From a virus (Duplodnaviria; Caudoviricetes), in the IMG/VR virus record IMGVR_UViG_3300037424_000366, positions 1-31,932 of that record: 31,932 nucleotides of DNA. One strand, 5' to 3'. The notes below the pieces were generated by a model that worked only from the letters and a program-made list of their open reading frames with translations, did not search any database and had not been told where the DNA came from. The position numbers were made by a program, and so were the translations under genes. Positions 18,099 through 27,080 of the stretch are shown here, piece by piece (positions within the stretch are counted from its first letter, which is position 1; each line of letters begins with the position of its first letter).

Positions 18099-19856
18099 TT
18101 ATAGTAATTCTTTTTCGGGTTCTATTGGTTGAGCAACCTCCATTTCTACTTTTTTTCTATTCGAATTTGAATATACTAATTTTGTACCCTTAATTATTAT
18201 AGGTTTTTGTAATTTATAATCGTATTTTTGCCCCTTTCCTTTTTTTACATATGCTAACGTCATATGGGGAACATAATTCGGATATGTTTTAATATGTGGT
18301 AATTGTTCAACATATTTTCTAATTTCTCTTAATTTAGATGATTCACAATTTAATTTAACAACATCAAACTCTTCATTTTCAAAATGAGATAATCCATTTA
18401 TTACTATCTCAATTGGTTCTGAAATTCCCGATAAAAATGGTAAAAAATGATCTGGTTCAACACTATCTTCAAATCCATATAAAATAGTTACATGTGGCTT
18501 GTTTTCAATACCAAGATCACCATAATTATATACATCATTAGGATCAATTTTACTTACAATCCTATCCCAATTAGGTATTTGAGGATAAATCATTAAACAG
18601 CCATACTCTGCTTTTGTGGTTCGTTTACTTTCACTTTCTTGAAGTGGTTCTTGATTAGGCACTTCTGCCTGACTTTGAACCAATTTTAAAATAGCCTCTT
18701 TTTCATTAGGAATTACATCAGAATAAATTGCAAACATAGCTTTATTCTGTGCTTTCCCTATTTGATCGTTTCGTAATCCAATATTCATGAAATCATGACC
18801 ATTTGCTGCTAATTCTCTAGTATTTAAAGGATATTTACCTGATTTTAATTCATCAATTGCAAATTCAATTGGTTTTGGTAAGACTTCACTATTAACAATT
18901 TCAGGCCAAACCCCAACAATTCTATTTGCAACATAACGATTTCTTGCTGGACGAGATTCATCAACATTTTTATATGCCCAAGTAAGTGCTTGAATTTCTT
19001 TAAATGTTGATATATCACCCTTTAATTCGTTTTTGTAAAATTTTGCAGGGTCTTCCACTAAATTATGTGACAATAAGTATATGAATTCTCCCATAGTTTT
19101 TACTCCATCCCAAACATTACTTATCAAAATACCTTTATCCACACCAAAAATGTTTTTTAGCAATCCAGTGTCTTTCAATAATGTTGCACCAACCAAAGGA
19201 TTTCCTTTTTGAATAAATTTATCAAATTCCGTTAAAATTCTTTCAGGAGCAATTTCTTTAATTCTTGGAGCATTTTGTCTTATCATTCTTAAAGTATCTG
19301 GTTCAATTGTAAAATCAAAACGAGATGCAAAACCAATCATTCTTAACATTCTTAATGGATCATCAGAAAATGCTTCTGAATTTGTCATAGACATTTGTTT
19401 ATTTTCAACATCTTTTAACCCTTGAAATGGGTCTATAAATTGTTCTTTATTTAAATTGATTGCCATTGAATTTATTTTTGCATCTCTTCTTTCTAAATCT
19501 TTTTCAATAGGCAAATTTTCATTAAAAGAAACTTCAACTCCTTTATGTCCACCTTCACCAGTAGCAATTTCTGTTCTTGGCAAAGAAATATCATAATCAA
19601 CTGATTCTTCAAAAGGAAAAAATTTTATTACTCCGAATGATTTACCAACAACATCAACTTTACCAAATTTATTTAAAATAGAAATTAATTTATCAATTGG
19701 TATTAATCTTATAACTAAATCAATATCTTTATTTTTTTTATTTAAAATTAAATCACGAACGAAACCACCACAAATATATATTTCCCCACCATTATTTATT
19801 ATTGATTTAATAAATGATTTATTTTTTATTTTTTTTATAGTATTATATATTTTCAT
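18099..19856 (-). CDS. Class II tRNA nucleotidyltransferase (CCA-adding/poly(A) polymerase family) fused to a C-terminal Acb1-like 2H phosphoesterase
   Basis: GGFVRDL...DIDL, DLERRDAKINSMA, DDPLRMLR, ERILTEFDK. The C-terminal domain has PHVTILYG and YVPHMTLAY. Confidence 0.88.
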   Translation of the reverse strand: MKIYNTIKKIKNKSFIKSIINNGGEIYICGGFVRDLILNKKNKDIDLVIRLIPIDKLISILNKFGKVDVVGKSFGVIKFFPFEESVDYDISLPRTEIATGEGGHKGVEVSFNENLPIEKDLERRDAKINSMAINLNKEQFIDPFQGLKDVENKQMSMTNSEAFSDDPLRMLRMIGFASRFDFTIEPDTLRMIRQNAPRIKEIAPERILTEFDKFIQKGNPLVGATLLKDTGLLKNIFGVDKGILISNVWDGVKTMGEFIYLLSHNLVEDPAKFYKNELKGDISTFKEIQALTWAYKNVDESRPARNRYVANRIVGVWPEIVNSEVLPKPIEFAIDELKSGKYPLNTRELAANGHDFMNIGLRNDQIGKAQNKAMFAIYSDVIPNEKEAILKLVQSQAEVPNQEPLQESESKRTTKAEYGCLMIYPQIPNWDRIVSKIDPNDVYNYGDLGIENKPHVTILYGFEDSVEPDHFLPFLSGISEPIEIVINGLSHFENEEFDVVKLNCESSKLREIRKYVEQLPHIKTYPNYVPHMTLAYVKKGKGQKYDYKLQKPIIIKGTKLVYSNSNRKKVEMEVAQPIEPEKELL

Positions 19857-20733
19857 ATGAAAGTTCTTTTTGATATTCTAAATTTTGACCCAATAAAAAT
19901 CTATAAGAATAATTATGTTTTTTACAATATTCAATACCAATTTTTGCTTTTATTATATCATTTTTTTTAATCCATCCCTTTACCTCTTCAATAATAATTT
20001 TATTGTTTTCATCAATAATTTTAAAATCTGGTATATAATATGTCTTTATTCCTTTATCGTTAACATATGATATTCTAATTTTATGTTTTTTTGTCCAAAA
20101 ATAACCTTTTTTTTCAAAAAAAACCATTCTTTTTTCTTCATATGAAGAATCATACCATTCAAATTCACCATTCTTTTTTTTAAAATTTCCACACTTCCAA
20201 TTGTTTTTTAATTTTATTTTTCCTTCTGAAAGATTTTTACAATAGGATTCAATTCTTTTTTCTAACAAAGCTTTATTTTTCCATCTATTTTTTAGATATG
20301 GTATCGTTTTATCGTATCCAACTTTTTTTCTATTTTTTATTGCTTTTTTTCGATGTTGAATATTATGCATTGGATTGTTTTTTGATATTTTTTCTCTAAC
20401 TTCTTTTCTTTTAGATGGATTATTATTACCATATTTTCTATTTTTCTTTTTAAAAAGAGGGTTGTCTTTTTTAAATTTTTTTCTTTGTTTTTCTCTCCAT
20501 TCTAATGTTTTAGCATGTTTTTTTGCCCAATGACCATGTAAATATTTATCACCAATATTAGTTGTTTTACCACATCCACACTCACAAAGATATGACCATT
20601 CTTCTTTTTCTTTTTCTTTTAATTCATTATGTTTTTTAAAACAAATAGCACATTTGATTAAATGTGATGACCATTTTCTATTATTATAATTTATTCCGCA
20701 ATATGAAATTAACGGTATTTTTAATTTTTTCAT
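19843..20733 (-). CDS. Free-standing putative homing endonuclease (CxCGCG and NUMOD3-like repeats plus TnsA-like PD-(D/E)xK domain)
   Basis: CECGCG; NNPSKRKEVREKISK; YDSSYE...YYIPDFKI...IEEVKGW. Very Lys-rich; overlaps the CCA gene start. Confidence 0.75.
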   Translation of the reverse strand: MKKLKIPLISYCGINYNNRKWSSHLIKCAICFKKHNELKEKEKEEWSYLCECGCGKTTNIGDKYLHGHWAKKHAKTLEWREKQRKKFKKDNPLFKKKNRKYGNNNPSKRKEVREKISKNNPMHNIQHRKKAIKNRKKVGYDKTIPYLKNRWKNKALLEKRIESYCKNLSEGKIKLKNNWKCGNFKKKNGEFEWYDSSYEEKRMVFFEKKGYFWTKKHKIRISYVNDKGIKTYYIPDFKIIDENNKIIIEEVKGWIKKNDIIKAKIGIEYCKKHNYSYRFLLGQNLEYQKELSYENI

Positions 20734-20742
20734 GTTTTTTAC

Positions 20743-20751
20743 TATAAATAC
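20743..20751 (-). promoter_or_regulatory. GTATTTATA putative late promoter
   Basis: 9 nt upstream of the endonuclease ATG at 20733. Confidence 0.55.
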
Positions 20752-20801
20752 ATAAAAAAACCATCAACAATATAAAATTTTCCATAATGTTTTTATTTAA
20801 A

Positions 20802-23800
20802 TTAAAGGTTCATTAAAATTTTAAATTTTCTAATTTCATTTAAATTATATTCTTTTTTATATGTAAATTTGTTGTCTTTGGTTACATTTATGTTTTCAAT
20901 ATTTTCATTTAAAGAAAATTTAGTTTTTTTTCTATCTTTAGTTGAATAAATAATATTACTTGTTTTTATTTTTATTGGTTTTTTAAATTTTTGAACATAT
21001 TTTTTACCTTCACCTTTTTTTACATAAGCAAGTGTCATATGAGGATGAAATTCTTTATATCTAATTGTAGCTGGAAAATCTTCAACTTCTTTACGTATAG
21101 CCAGTAATTCTTTTGATGGTTTTACATCAATTTTTACAACATCAAAATCTTCATTTTCAAATAGAGAAATTCCTGTTAATTCTGCTTCAATTGGTTCTTT
21201 ATATTTATCAAGTATTTCTTTAAAATCATCACCATTTACTTGTTTATAAAATCCATATAAAATAGTTATATGTTGTTCCTCTTCTCTGCCAAATGTTCCT
21301 GACCCATCATCATATAGCTCATTATCGTCTATTTTCTGAATCAAACCACTCCAATTTTTGATCTTTAAATAAGCCATCAATGCGCCATATTCTACTTTTT
21401 CTTCTGTAAGAAGAGATTCGTTTATATACGATTCGTTTGGTTGTTGGGTTACATTATTAGGTTCTTTATCACTAATGATATAATAAACAGTCCCATGAAG
21501 AACCAATTTTTTCTTAACGGGTATTCTGTTACGTTCTAATGCCTTTTCTATAAAAATTTGATTTATTCTTTTTCTTCTTTCATCCCCCTTCACATCTACC
21601 TTGGGAAGATATGAAACCATATTCACGGTGCCATAATATTCTAATGCTTTTTTATATGCTGAATTTACTGCCAAATTAAGTGTTGAAAATATTTTTAATG
21701 GTTCGCCAGTATTAAGTGTTGGATAATAATCTTCTCGTCCCTTTTTACCGAATAATTTTCCACTTGCTTCTCTACTATTGAGTTTTTCATAATGTTCCTT
21801 TGTTGTATAAAGAACAGACATATTAACTATATTTTGTGGCATTTGAGAATAAAAAAATGATTTATCATTATCACTCATTGATTCATCTTCAATAAAATAT
21901 AATCTAGGTAAAATATGAAAATTTACTTGAATTATATATTCTATATTAGTGTCAGTAACAAACTCAAATAACATCCCATCTTTTTGAACCCTTGTTGCTT
22001 TTAAATCATATGGTTTAACATTTGCTTCACCAACTTCATTTAATGATGACTCTGACAATCCCTTTTCAAACCATTTTTCTTGATCTTCTGCAACATTTGG
22101 TTCATTAGGTTTATGTGATTGACCATCTTGTATTTTTTTATATGATACTGCCCCCGTATCTCCCTGACTACAAGCATCGGAAGTGCCGTCGAGTTTACCA
22201 CCTAACCTACAAGATTTTTTAATTTGTGGTTCACTCATTTTAGGCATCCATGTTTTTATTCTTTCTTCTTTAATAGTACCTTGTTTACTTAAACGCCTTC
22301 TCCTTTCACCAAAACCTTCAAAAGTAAAATCAACATTAGGTTTTTTACGCATAGTACTATATGCCTTACCAATATTTTGCATAGTAAGTTTACCTAATTT
22401 TCTATTTCCCCCGTTTGCAAATAGTTCATAAGCAATACCGTCTTTCCCAATAATAACGGATTCTTGTAAATATTTATCCCCTAAACCAATAATAAATTCT
22501 TTGAATTTTTCGAAATCAAGTGCTTCTGGTTTTGGAATGAAAAAAGATGTTTCTTTAACTGGTATTTCTTGTCTTGTATCTCTATGTAATTCTTGCCAGT
22601 GGCCAATTAAATTAATATGACCTGCTTTTTCTTTTTGTAAATCGTTTGAAAGTGCTTTACTTTGTTGAATGTTTTCTTTATTAGACAATTCATTTCTATT
22701 TGCACTCATAATTGCAAAATCACCGTTTTGAATATGATTTAATAATCGACTAACACTTTCTTCTTGTATAAGTCTTTCTTCATCTTCATTTACTAAACCC
22801 ATTTCAACCAAATCTTCATCAGCACCTTCAAATTTAAATCCAACATATGAATTAGTAATTTTCAAATCATCCCCAATATCATCTTCACTCCCATCTGTGT
22901 AATTAAGAATAATGTCACCATTATCGCTCCATAAATACGATTCTTGGCCAAAAATTAAAGCAGTTCTTTCTATTAATCCCATAAAGTTATTGCAATCCAT
23001 ATTTTCTGGTTTAAGAACAAAAAACGATGTTTCATATACATTCACATCCCATTGACCAGTTAGTTTAATTATTTTTGTGCTTAACGGTTTTAATACTCTA
23101 TCAAATAATAATTTAGTTGCTTTAGAATTATAATTATTACTCTTACCTTTTACAAATGCAGATATAATTGCAAAACATTCAGCATTTAATCCTTTAACAA
23201 TATCATCTAATTCATTATAAGTAACAATAGATTCTTCTTCATATAACCAAGGAGCTATATCGTCTGGGTTTTGAGTGCCGCGTACTGTAGTATATAACGA
23301 AGTTCCGTCTTCATTAACGTTTTCACTAGTTTGAAGTGCTTGACGATATGGTAGGGGTTTTTCTTTTCCATATTTAACTGATCCTCCACCTATCATAAAT
23401 TTATCTTTAGTTGCATCATCAACATGATTATATTCTAAATCTTCACTAACAATACCGTGTGGACCACTAAATTTTTTTAATGTTTCTTGTAATTTCATTA
23501 AATTGTTGTAATAACTTGGTGGGTCATTAACTAACTTAAGAATTCTATCAATATTTTGAATGTTAATTAAATATAGTCGATATAAAAGAGAAATGTTCTT
23601 GCCGAGGTCGGGTTTGTTTAAATATTTATCAATATTTTCTATATATTTAATTACTCTCTTTATATTATTATTTGATAGATTTTTATATTCCTCATATTCG
23701 TTCATTTTACCAAATGAAAATAAATTACCTATTGGTAAATCTATTTTTTGATGTGTAATTAAGTTATCTTTTAATCCCTCATCAAATTTATCACCCAATT

Positions 23801-25358
23801 CATTATATCCTCTACTTTCACTGTCCACAGACAATGCCGGACCACCATATCCACCGTCACTTTTATCATTCGGATCATTTACGTGTTCTAAATCGTCATT
23901 AGAATACATATTCATCATGTAATCATCAATTTCATTAACACGCTGCCATAAATTTTTACCTGCTTTGGTTTGATTATGTGAGGGTTGTAAATTCATCCTT
24001 AATTTATCCTTAATGTATTTATAAAATGCAGTACCAACACCTCTTTTTTGATATTTATCATCGATAGATACACCTAAAGGTATAACTTTACCGTCTTTTA
24101 TGTGATAATTAACGCCACCAATTTGTTTAAACCTACCTCTATCGTAAACAAAAACACCTAAATAATCTTTATGTCCACCTAATTCTCGTACAAAATAAGG
24201 ATCATTATTTTTATCATAAATTACACCAGCATTCATTTTTTTTGCTAAACCCTCAACACTTTTATCTTCTGCTAAAGTAAATGCTTTAGGATTATATGAA
24301 TCATTAATTTCTTTTGGTGTTAAATTCAGATTTACACGATCAGCAACACCAATCGAATCTAAATAATAGTTCCCTTCCATACCACCCATGTTTTCATCAC
24401 CATCCATATATTGATTATACATATTATATATACTTCCTTCGGGTAAAACAACAACCATTCTATTTTCGTCATCAGGTTCAAGATTAAAATTATAAACAAT
24501 ATTCACATGTGAATTATCGGCATAATTTATCCAATGATCTATACCGTGTTCGGTTGCAAAACACCATTGAGAACCACAACCAAGATTTTTCATTGCATCT
24601 GATGATTTAACATCTACAACCACAACATTATTGTTGTCATATAACAAATCTGCTTCACCATACTCTGCTTCATAATTAATTTTATCTAATAATTCATCTA
24701 TAGCATCTTCATGATAAAGATAGTTATTACTATTTTTTAATTGTGTTAATATTTTTTCAAAAGTATCGTTTTTAGATGAAAATATTTTTTTAAATACAAT
24801 GTTTCGTTTTTCTTCGCTTAATCTGTCGTATAATTTAAAATGGTTATTAATTTCCTTCATAATTGTAGGAAGCCCATACTTCATATCATCGATTGTTCTA
24901 ACTCTCCGAATATCATTTTTCAAATTTCTTAAATATATGTTGGGTATTTGAGCTAATATTTTTAATGCTAATTCTCTTCCCTTAAATGTTTCTGCAATTT
25001 CAATTGGATGTAAAGAACCCCCATCAGAAGAGTTAAAATTCTCAATAGGGAAAACATTTGAATTATAATTTTTGACTTGTTGATAAATATCATTTAAATA
25101 GTTTCTATGATAACTGTTCCATTTAGATTCTTTTTGTTCTGGGTTATAATTATCACCACGATTATACTCACCTATCTGAAATATCCACGCATACATTTTT
25201 GAAATAAAATAAGTAAAATTATCACCATTTGTGATTGAAATTACTCTATCTCTATCATTATTATCAAATAAACCGGTTTTAACGAAAAATTTGTCCATTT
25301 GTTGAACATTTTCGTTTAAATTCCAGATTTCACGACTCATTATTTGTGATAAATCCAT
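20802..25358 (-). CDS. Large multidomain (polyvalent) protein: N-terminal GSQWCF domain, GNAT-like domain, duplicated AIxSA domains, C-terminal Acb1-like 2H phosphoesterase
   Basis: GNAT motif A in SIDDKYQKRGVGTAFY. Two related domains: FAIISAF...ETSFFV...FGQES and FAIMSAN...ETSFFI...YLQES. C-terminal QHITILYG and FHPHMTLAY. Confidence 0.8.
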   Translation of the reverse strand: MDLSQIMSREIWNLNENVQQMDKFFVKTGLFDNNDRDRVISITNGDNFTYFISKMYAWIFQIGEYNRGDNYNPEQKESKWNSYHRNYLNDIYQQVKNYNSNVFPIENFNSSDGGSLHPIEIAETFKGRELALKILAQIPNIYLRNLKNDIRRVRTIDDMKYGLPTIMKEINNHFKLYDRLSEEKRNIVFKKIFSSKNDTFEKILTQLKNSNNYLYHEDAIDELLDKINYEAEYGEADLLYDNNNVVVVDVKSSDAMKNLGCGSQWCFATEHGIDHWINYADNSHVNIVYNFNLEPDDENRMVVVLPEGSIYNMYNQYMDGDENMGGMEGNYYLDSIGVADRVNLNLTPKEINDSYNPKAFTLAEDKSVEGLAKKMNAGVIYDKNNDPYFVRELGGHKDYLGVFVYDRGRFKQIGGVNYHIKDGKVIPLGVSIDDKYQKRGVGTAFYKYIKDKLRMNLQPSHNQTKAGKNLWQRVNEIDDYMMNMYSNDDLEHVNDPNDKSDGGYGGPALSVDSESRGYNELGDKFDEGLKDNLITHQKIDLPIGNLFSFGKMNEYEEYKNLSNNNIKRVIKYIENIDKYLNKPDLGKNISLLYRLYLINIQNIDRILKLVNDPPSYYNNLMKLQETLKKFSGPHGIVSEDLEYNHVDDATKDKFMIGGGSVKYGKEKPLPYRQALQTSENVNEDGTSLYTTVRGTQNPDDIAPWLYEEESIVTYNELDDIVKGLNAECFAIISAFVKGKSNNYNSKATKLLFDRVLKPLSTKIIKLTGQWDVNVYETSFFVLKPENMDCNNFMGLIERTALIFGQESYLWSDNGDIILNYTDGSEDDIGDDLKITNSYVGFKFEGADEDLVEMGLVNEDEERLIQEESVSRLLNHIQNGDFAIMSANRNELSNKENIQQSKALSNDLQKEKAGHINLIGHWQELHRDTRQEIPVKETSFFIPKPEALDFEKFKEFIIGLGDKYLQESVIIGKDGIAYELFANGGNRKLGKLTMQNIGKAYSTMRKKPNVDFTFEGFGERRRRLSKQGTIKEERIKTWMPKMSEPQIKKSCRLGGKLDGTSDACSQGDTGAVSYKKIQDGQSHKPNEPNVAEDQEKWFEKGLSESSLNEVGEANVKPYDLKATRVQKDGMLFEFVTDTNIEYIIQVNFHILPRLYFIEDESMSDNDKSFFYSQMPQNIVNMSVLYTTKEHYEKLNSREASGKLFGKKGREDYYPTLNTGEPLKIFSTLNLAVNSAYKKALEYYGTVNMVSYLPKVDVKGDERRKRINQIFIEKALERNRIPVKKKLVLHGTVYYIISDKEPNNVTQQPNESYINESLLTEEKVEYGALMAYLKIKNWSGLIQKIDDNELYDDGSGTFGREEEQHITILYGFYKQVNGDDFKEILDKYKEPIEAELTGISLFENEDFDVVKIDVKPSKELLAIRKEVEDFPATIRYKEFHPHMTLAYVKKGEGKKYVQKFKKPIKIKTSNIIYSTKDRKKTKFSLNENIENINVTKDNKFTYKKEYNLNEIRKFKILMNL

Positions 25359-25391
25359 TCGCTAAAATACAAAAATTAATAAATTAAATAA

Positions 25392-26693
25392 TTAACCATA
25401 AAAAACATAATTTAAAACTATGCTTTTATGGCTTGAATTTTGCTTAAAAACTCTAAATTTAGTTTGAACTTCATCTAAAGAAACTCGATATTTCAATCTC
25501 AAGTTTTTTACTTCAATAAAGAATTTCTTCCAATCTGCAAATTTGGTAGCCATTTCCTTCCATTGGTGTTTTACCAACAAATTTGGATAAAATCCTATCT
25601 TGTTTTTCCTTATCCTATATTCAAATCCTCGCCTTGCTATTTCTATTGATGCATTAATTGCATCAGTATAATCATACATCATGTTTCCAATAAAACTTGA
25701 ATATGCTGGATTTACTGAATATAACTTAATTCCTTCTATATTTAATCTTTTGGTTAAGTTATTGATAAACAGTTCTCTTTTCCAAAGATTTTTATTCTTT
25801 CTATTCGATATTTTTATTGCTGATGAACCTTTGAAATGTAAATCTTCAACGAAAATTGATTTACAATTAAATTGTTTTGCTAATTTAATTATTGATTTAC
25901 TTATCTCAAATGTTTCAAACCTTAACTTGTTTTGAAAATATTTCATCCTATCTGAATTAGAACTCAATTTTTCAAATAAAAATTTATTAAATATTAATTT
26001 TAAACTAAATTCCTGTGCATGAATTACCTTACCATTATCTAAAATAGAAATACCTATTGTATCAGGATTCAAGTCTATACCTAAATATCTATTTTCATTT
26101 AAAATTTTAACTTCTTCATTTTTAAATTCTTCAAAACTTATATAAATATATTTTAAATCAAATCTAATTGAATAAGTATAACCTTTTTGATTTTGTTTAA
26201 CTTCATTAAGTTGTTGAAATTTGAACAATTCTTTCTTTATATTGTTTCTTAAATTAGGTAATTCTAAAGAAATATGTCTTGATTTATTTAATTTAAAAAT
26301 GATTTGATTATTTTCAATAACATCTAATTTGAATGAACGATTTCCTTGTTGTAATTTCTCACCTTGAATATTTATTGGGTTCAATCTTTTAAGTTGATAT
26401 TCTTCTTTAGTTATTTTGTTTTTGAGTCGATTAATTAGATTATATTTGCCCCCAAAAATAACCTTTTTATCTTTAAATCTTTGTTGTATTGCTTTACCAT
26501 CTTTAATTCCACATTGAATTAACCAAGAATTTAATAAACCAATGTTATTTAATGATTTAGTTAATTCTCGTATTTCTTTTTCTGTTTTACCATCAATAAA
26601 ACGATTATAACTATACCTAACAACCGATGAATATTGTTTAAGTACAGAATTTAAGTCTTCGTTAGTTTTATATGGTAGTTTAATTGTTATCAT
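25392..26693 (-). CDS. tnpB: TnpB-family RuvC nuclease (IS607-associated, lacking the zinc finger)
   Basis: RuvC I YLGIDLN, RuvC II IFVEDL, VNPAYSS, RuvC III DAINASIEIARRG; N-terminal VRYSYNR. Lies directly after a tnpA C-terminal relic. Confidence 0.82.
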   Translation of the reverse strand: MITIKLPYKTNEDLNSVLKQYSSVVRYSYNRFIDGKTEKEIRELTKSLNNIGLLNSWLIQCGIKDGKAIQQRFKDKKVIFGGKYNLINRLKNKITKEEYQLKRLNPINIQGEKLQQGNRSFKLDVIENNQIIFKLNKSRHISLELPNLRNNIKKELFKFQQLNEVKQNQKGYTYSIRFDLKYIYISFEEFKNEEVKILNENRYLGIDLNPDTIGISILDNGKVIHAQEFSLKLIFNKFLFEKLSSNSDRMKYFQNKLRFETFEISKSIIKLAKQFNCKSIFVEDLHFKGSSAIKISNRKNKNLWKRELFINNLTKRLNIEGIKLYSVNPAYSSFIGNMMYDYTDAINASIEIARRGFEYRIRKNKIGFYPNLLVKHQWKEMATKFADWKKFFIEVKNLRLKYRVSLDEVQTKFRVFKQNSSHKSIVLNYVFYG

Positions 26694-26697
26694 TTTC

Positions 26698-26817
26698 TTA
26701 TTGCAACACTTTTTTTAAAGCATTTAATTCTTTTCTTCTATTTGAATACATTTTCATAGTAAAATGATGTATAATTGAAATTAAATCTTGAGTTAATTCT
26801 GTTTGAAAATCTTCCTC
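26698..26817 (-). pseudogene. tnpA: C-terminal remnant of an IS607 serine-recombinase tnpA
   Basis: Hand translation EEDFQTELTQDLISIIHHFTMKMYSNRRKELNALKKVLQ* matches the IS607 ELxxDLxSII..F..K.Y..R helix. Confidence 0.75.
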
Positions 26818-26974
26818 ATTCTCCGAAACTAACTGTATGTTTATTAGTATTATATTGAGCGATTTTATAATTCAATAAATTATTATAGACGAATCTACAA
26901 GTACCGAGAAGATTATTAACATAATCTATTTGATTATTGTCTAAATAAATTTTAATTTTAACTGCTCTTAACAT
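26816..26974 (-). pseudogene. Truncated N-terminal HTH (HTH_OrfB_IS605-like) of a second tnpB
   Basis: Hand translation MLRAVKIKIYLDNNQIDYVNNLLGTCRFVYNNLLNYKIAQYNTNKHTVSFGE*; GxCRFVYN is typical of TnpB. Confidence 0.78.
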
Positions 26975-27080
26975 TGTATAATCATTCTATACTAGAAATA
27001 CTTATAAATTTTTTAAAAACCATTGCTTGTAAAAATAAAATAATAAATTCACATTTAATTATAATGTTTTATAATACTTT

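Noticed and set aside
25392-26693. Cas12f/Cas14 CRISPR effector interpretation
   Set aside because: No array or cas genes in the window, and the adjacent IS607 tnpA relic explains it as TnpB.
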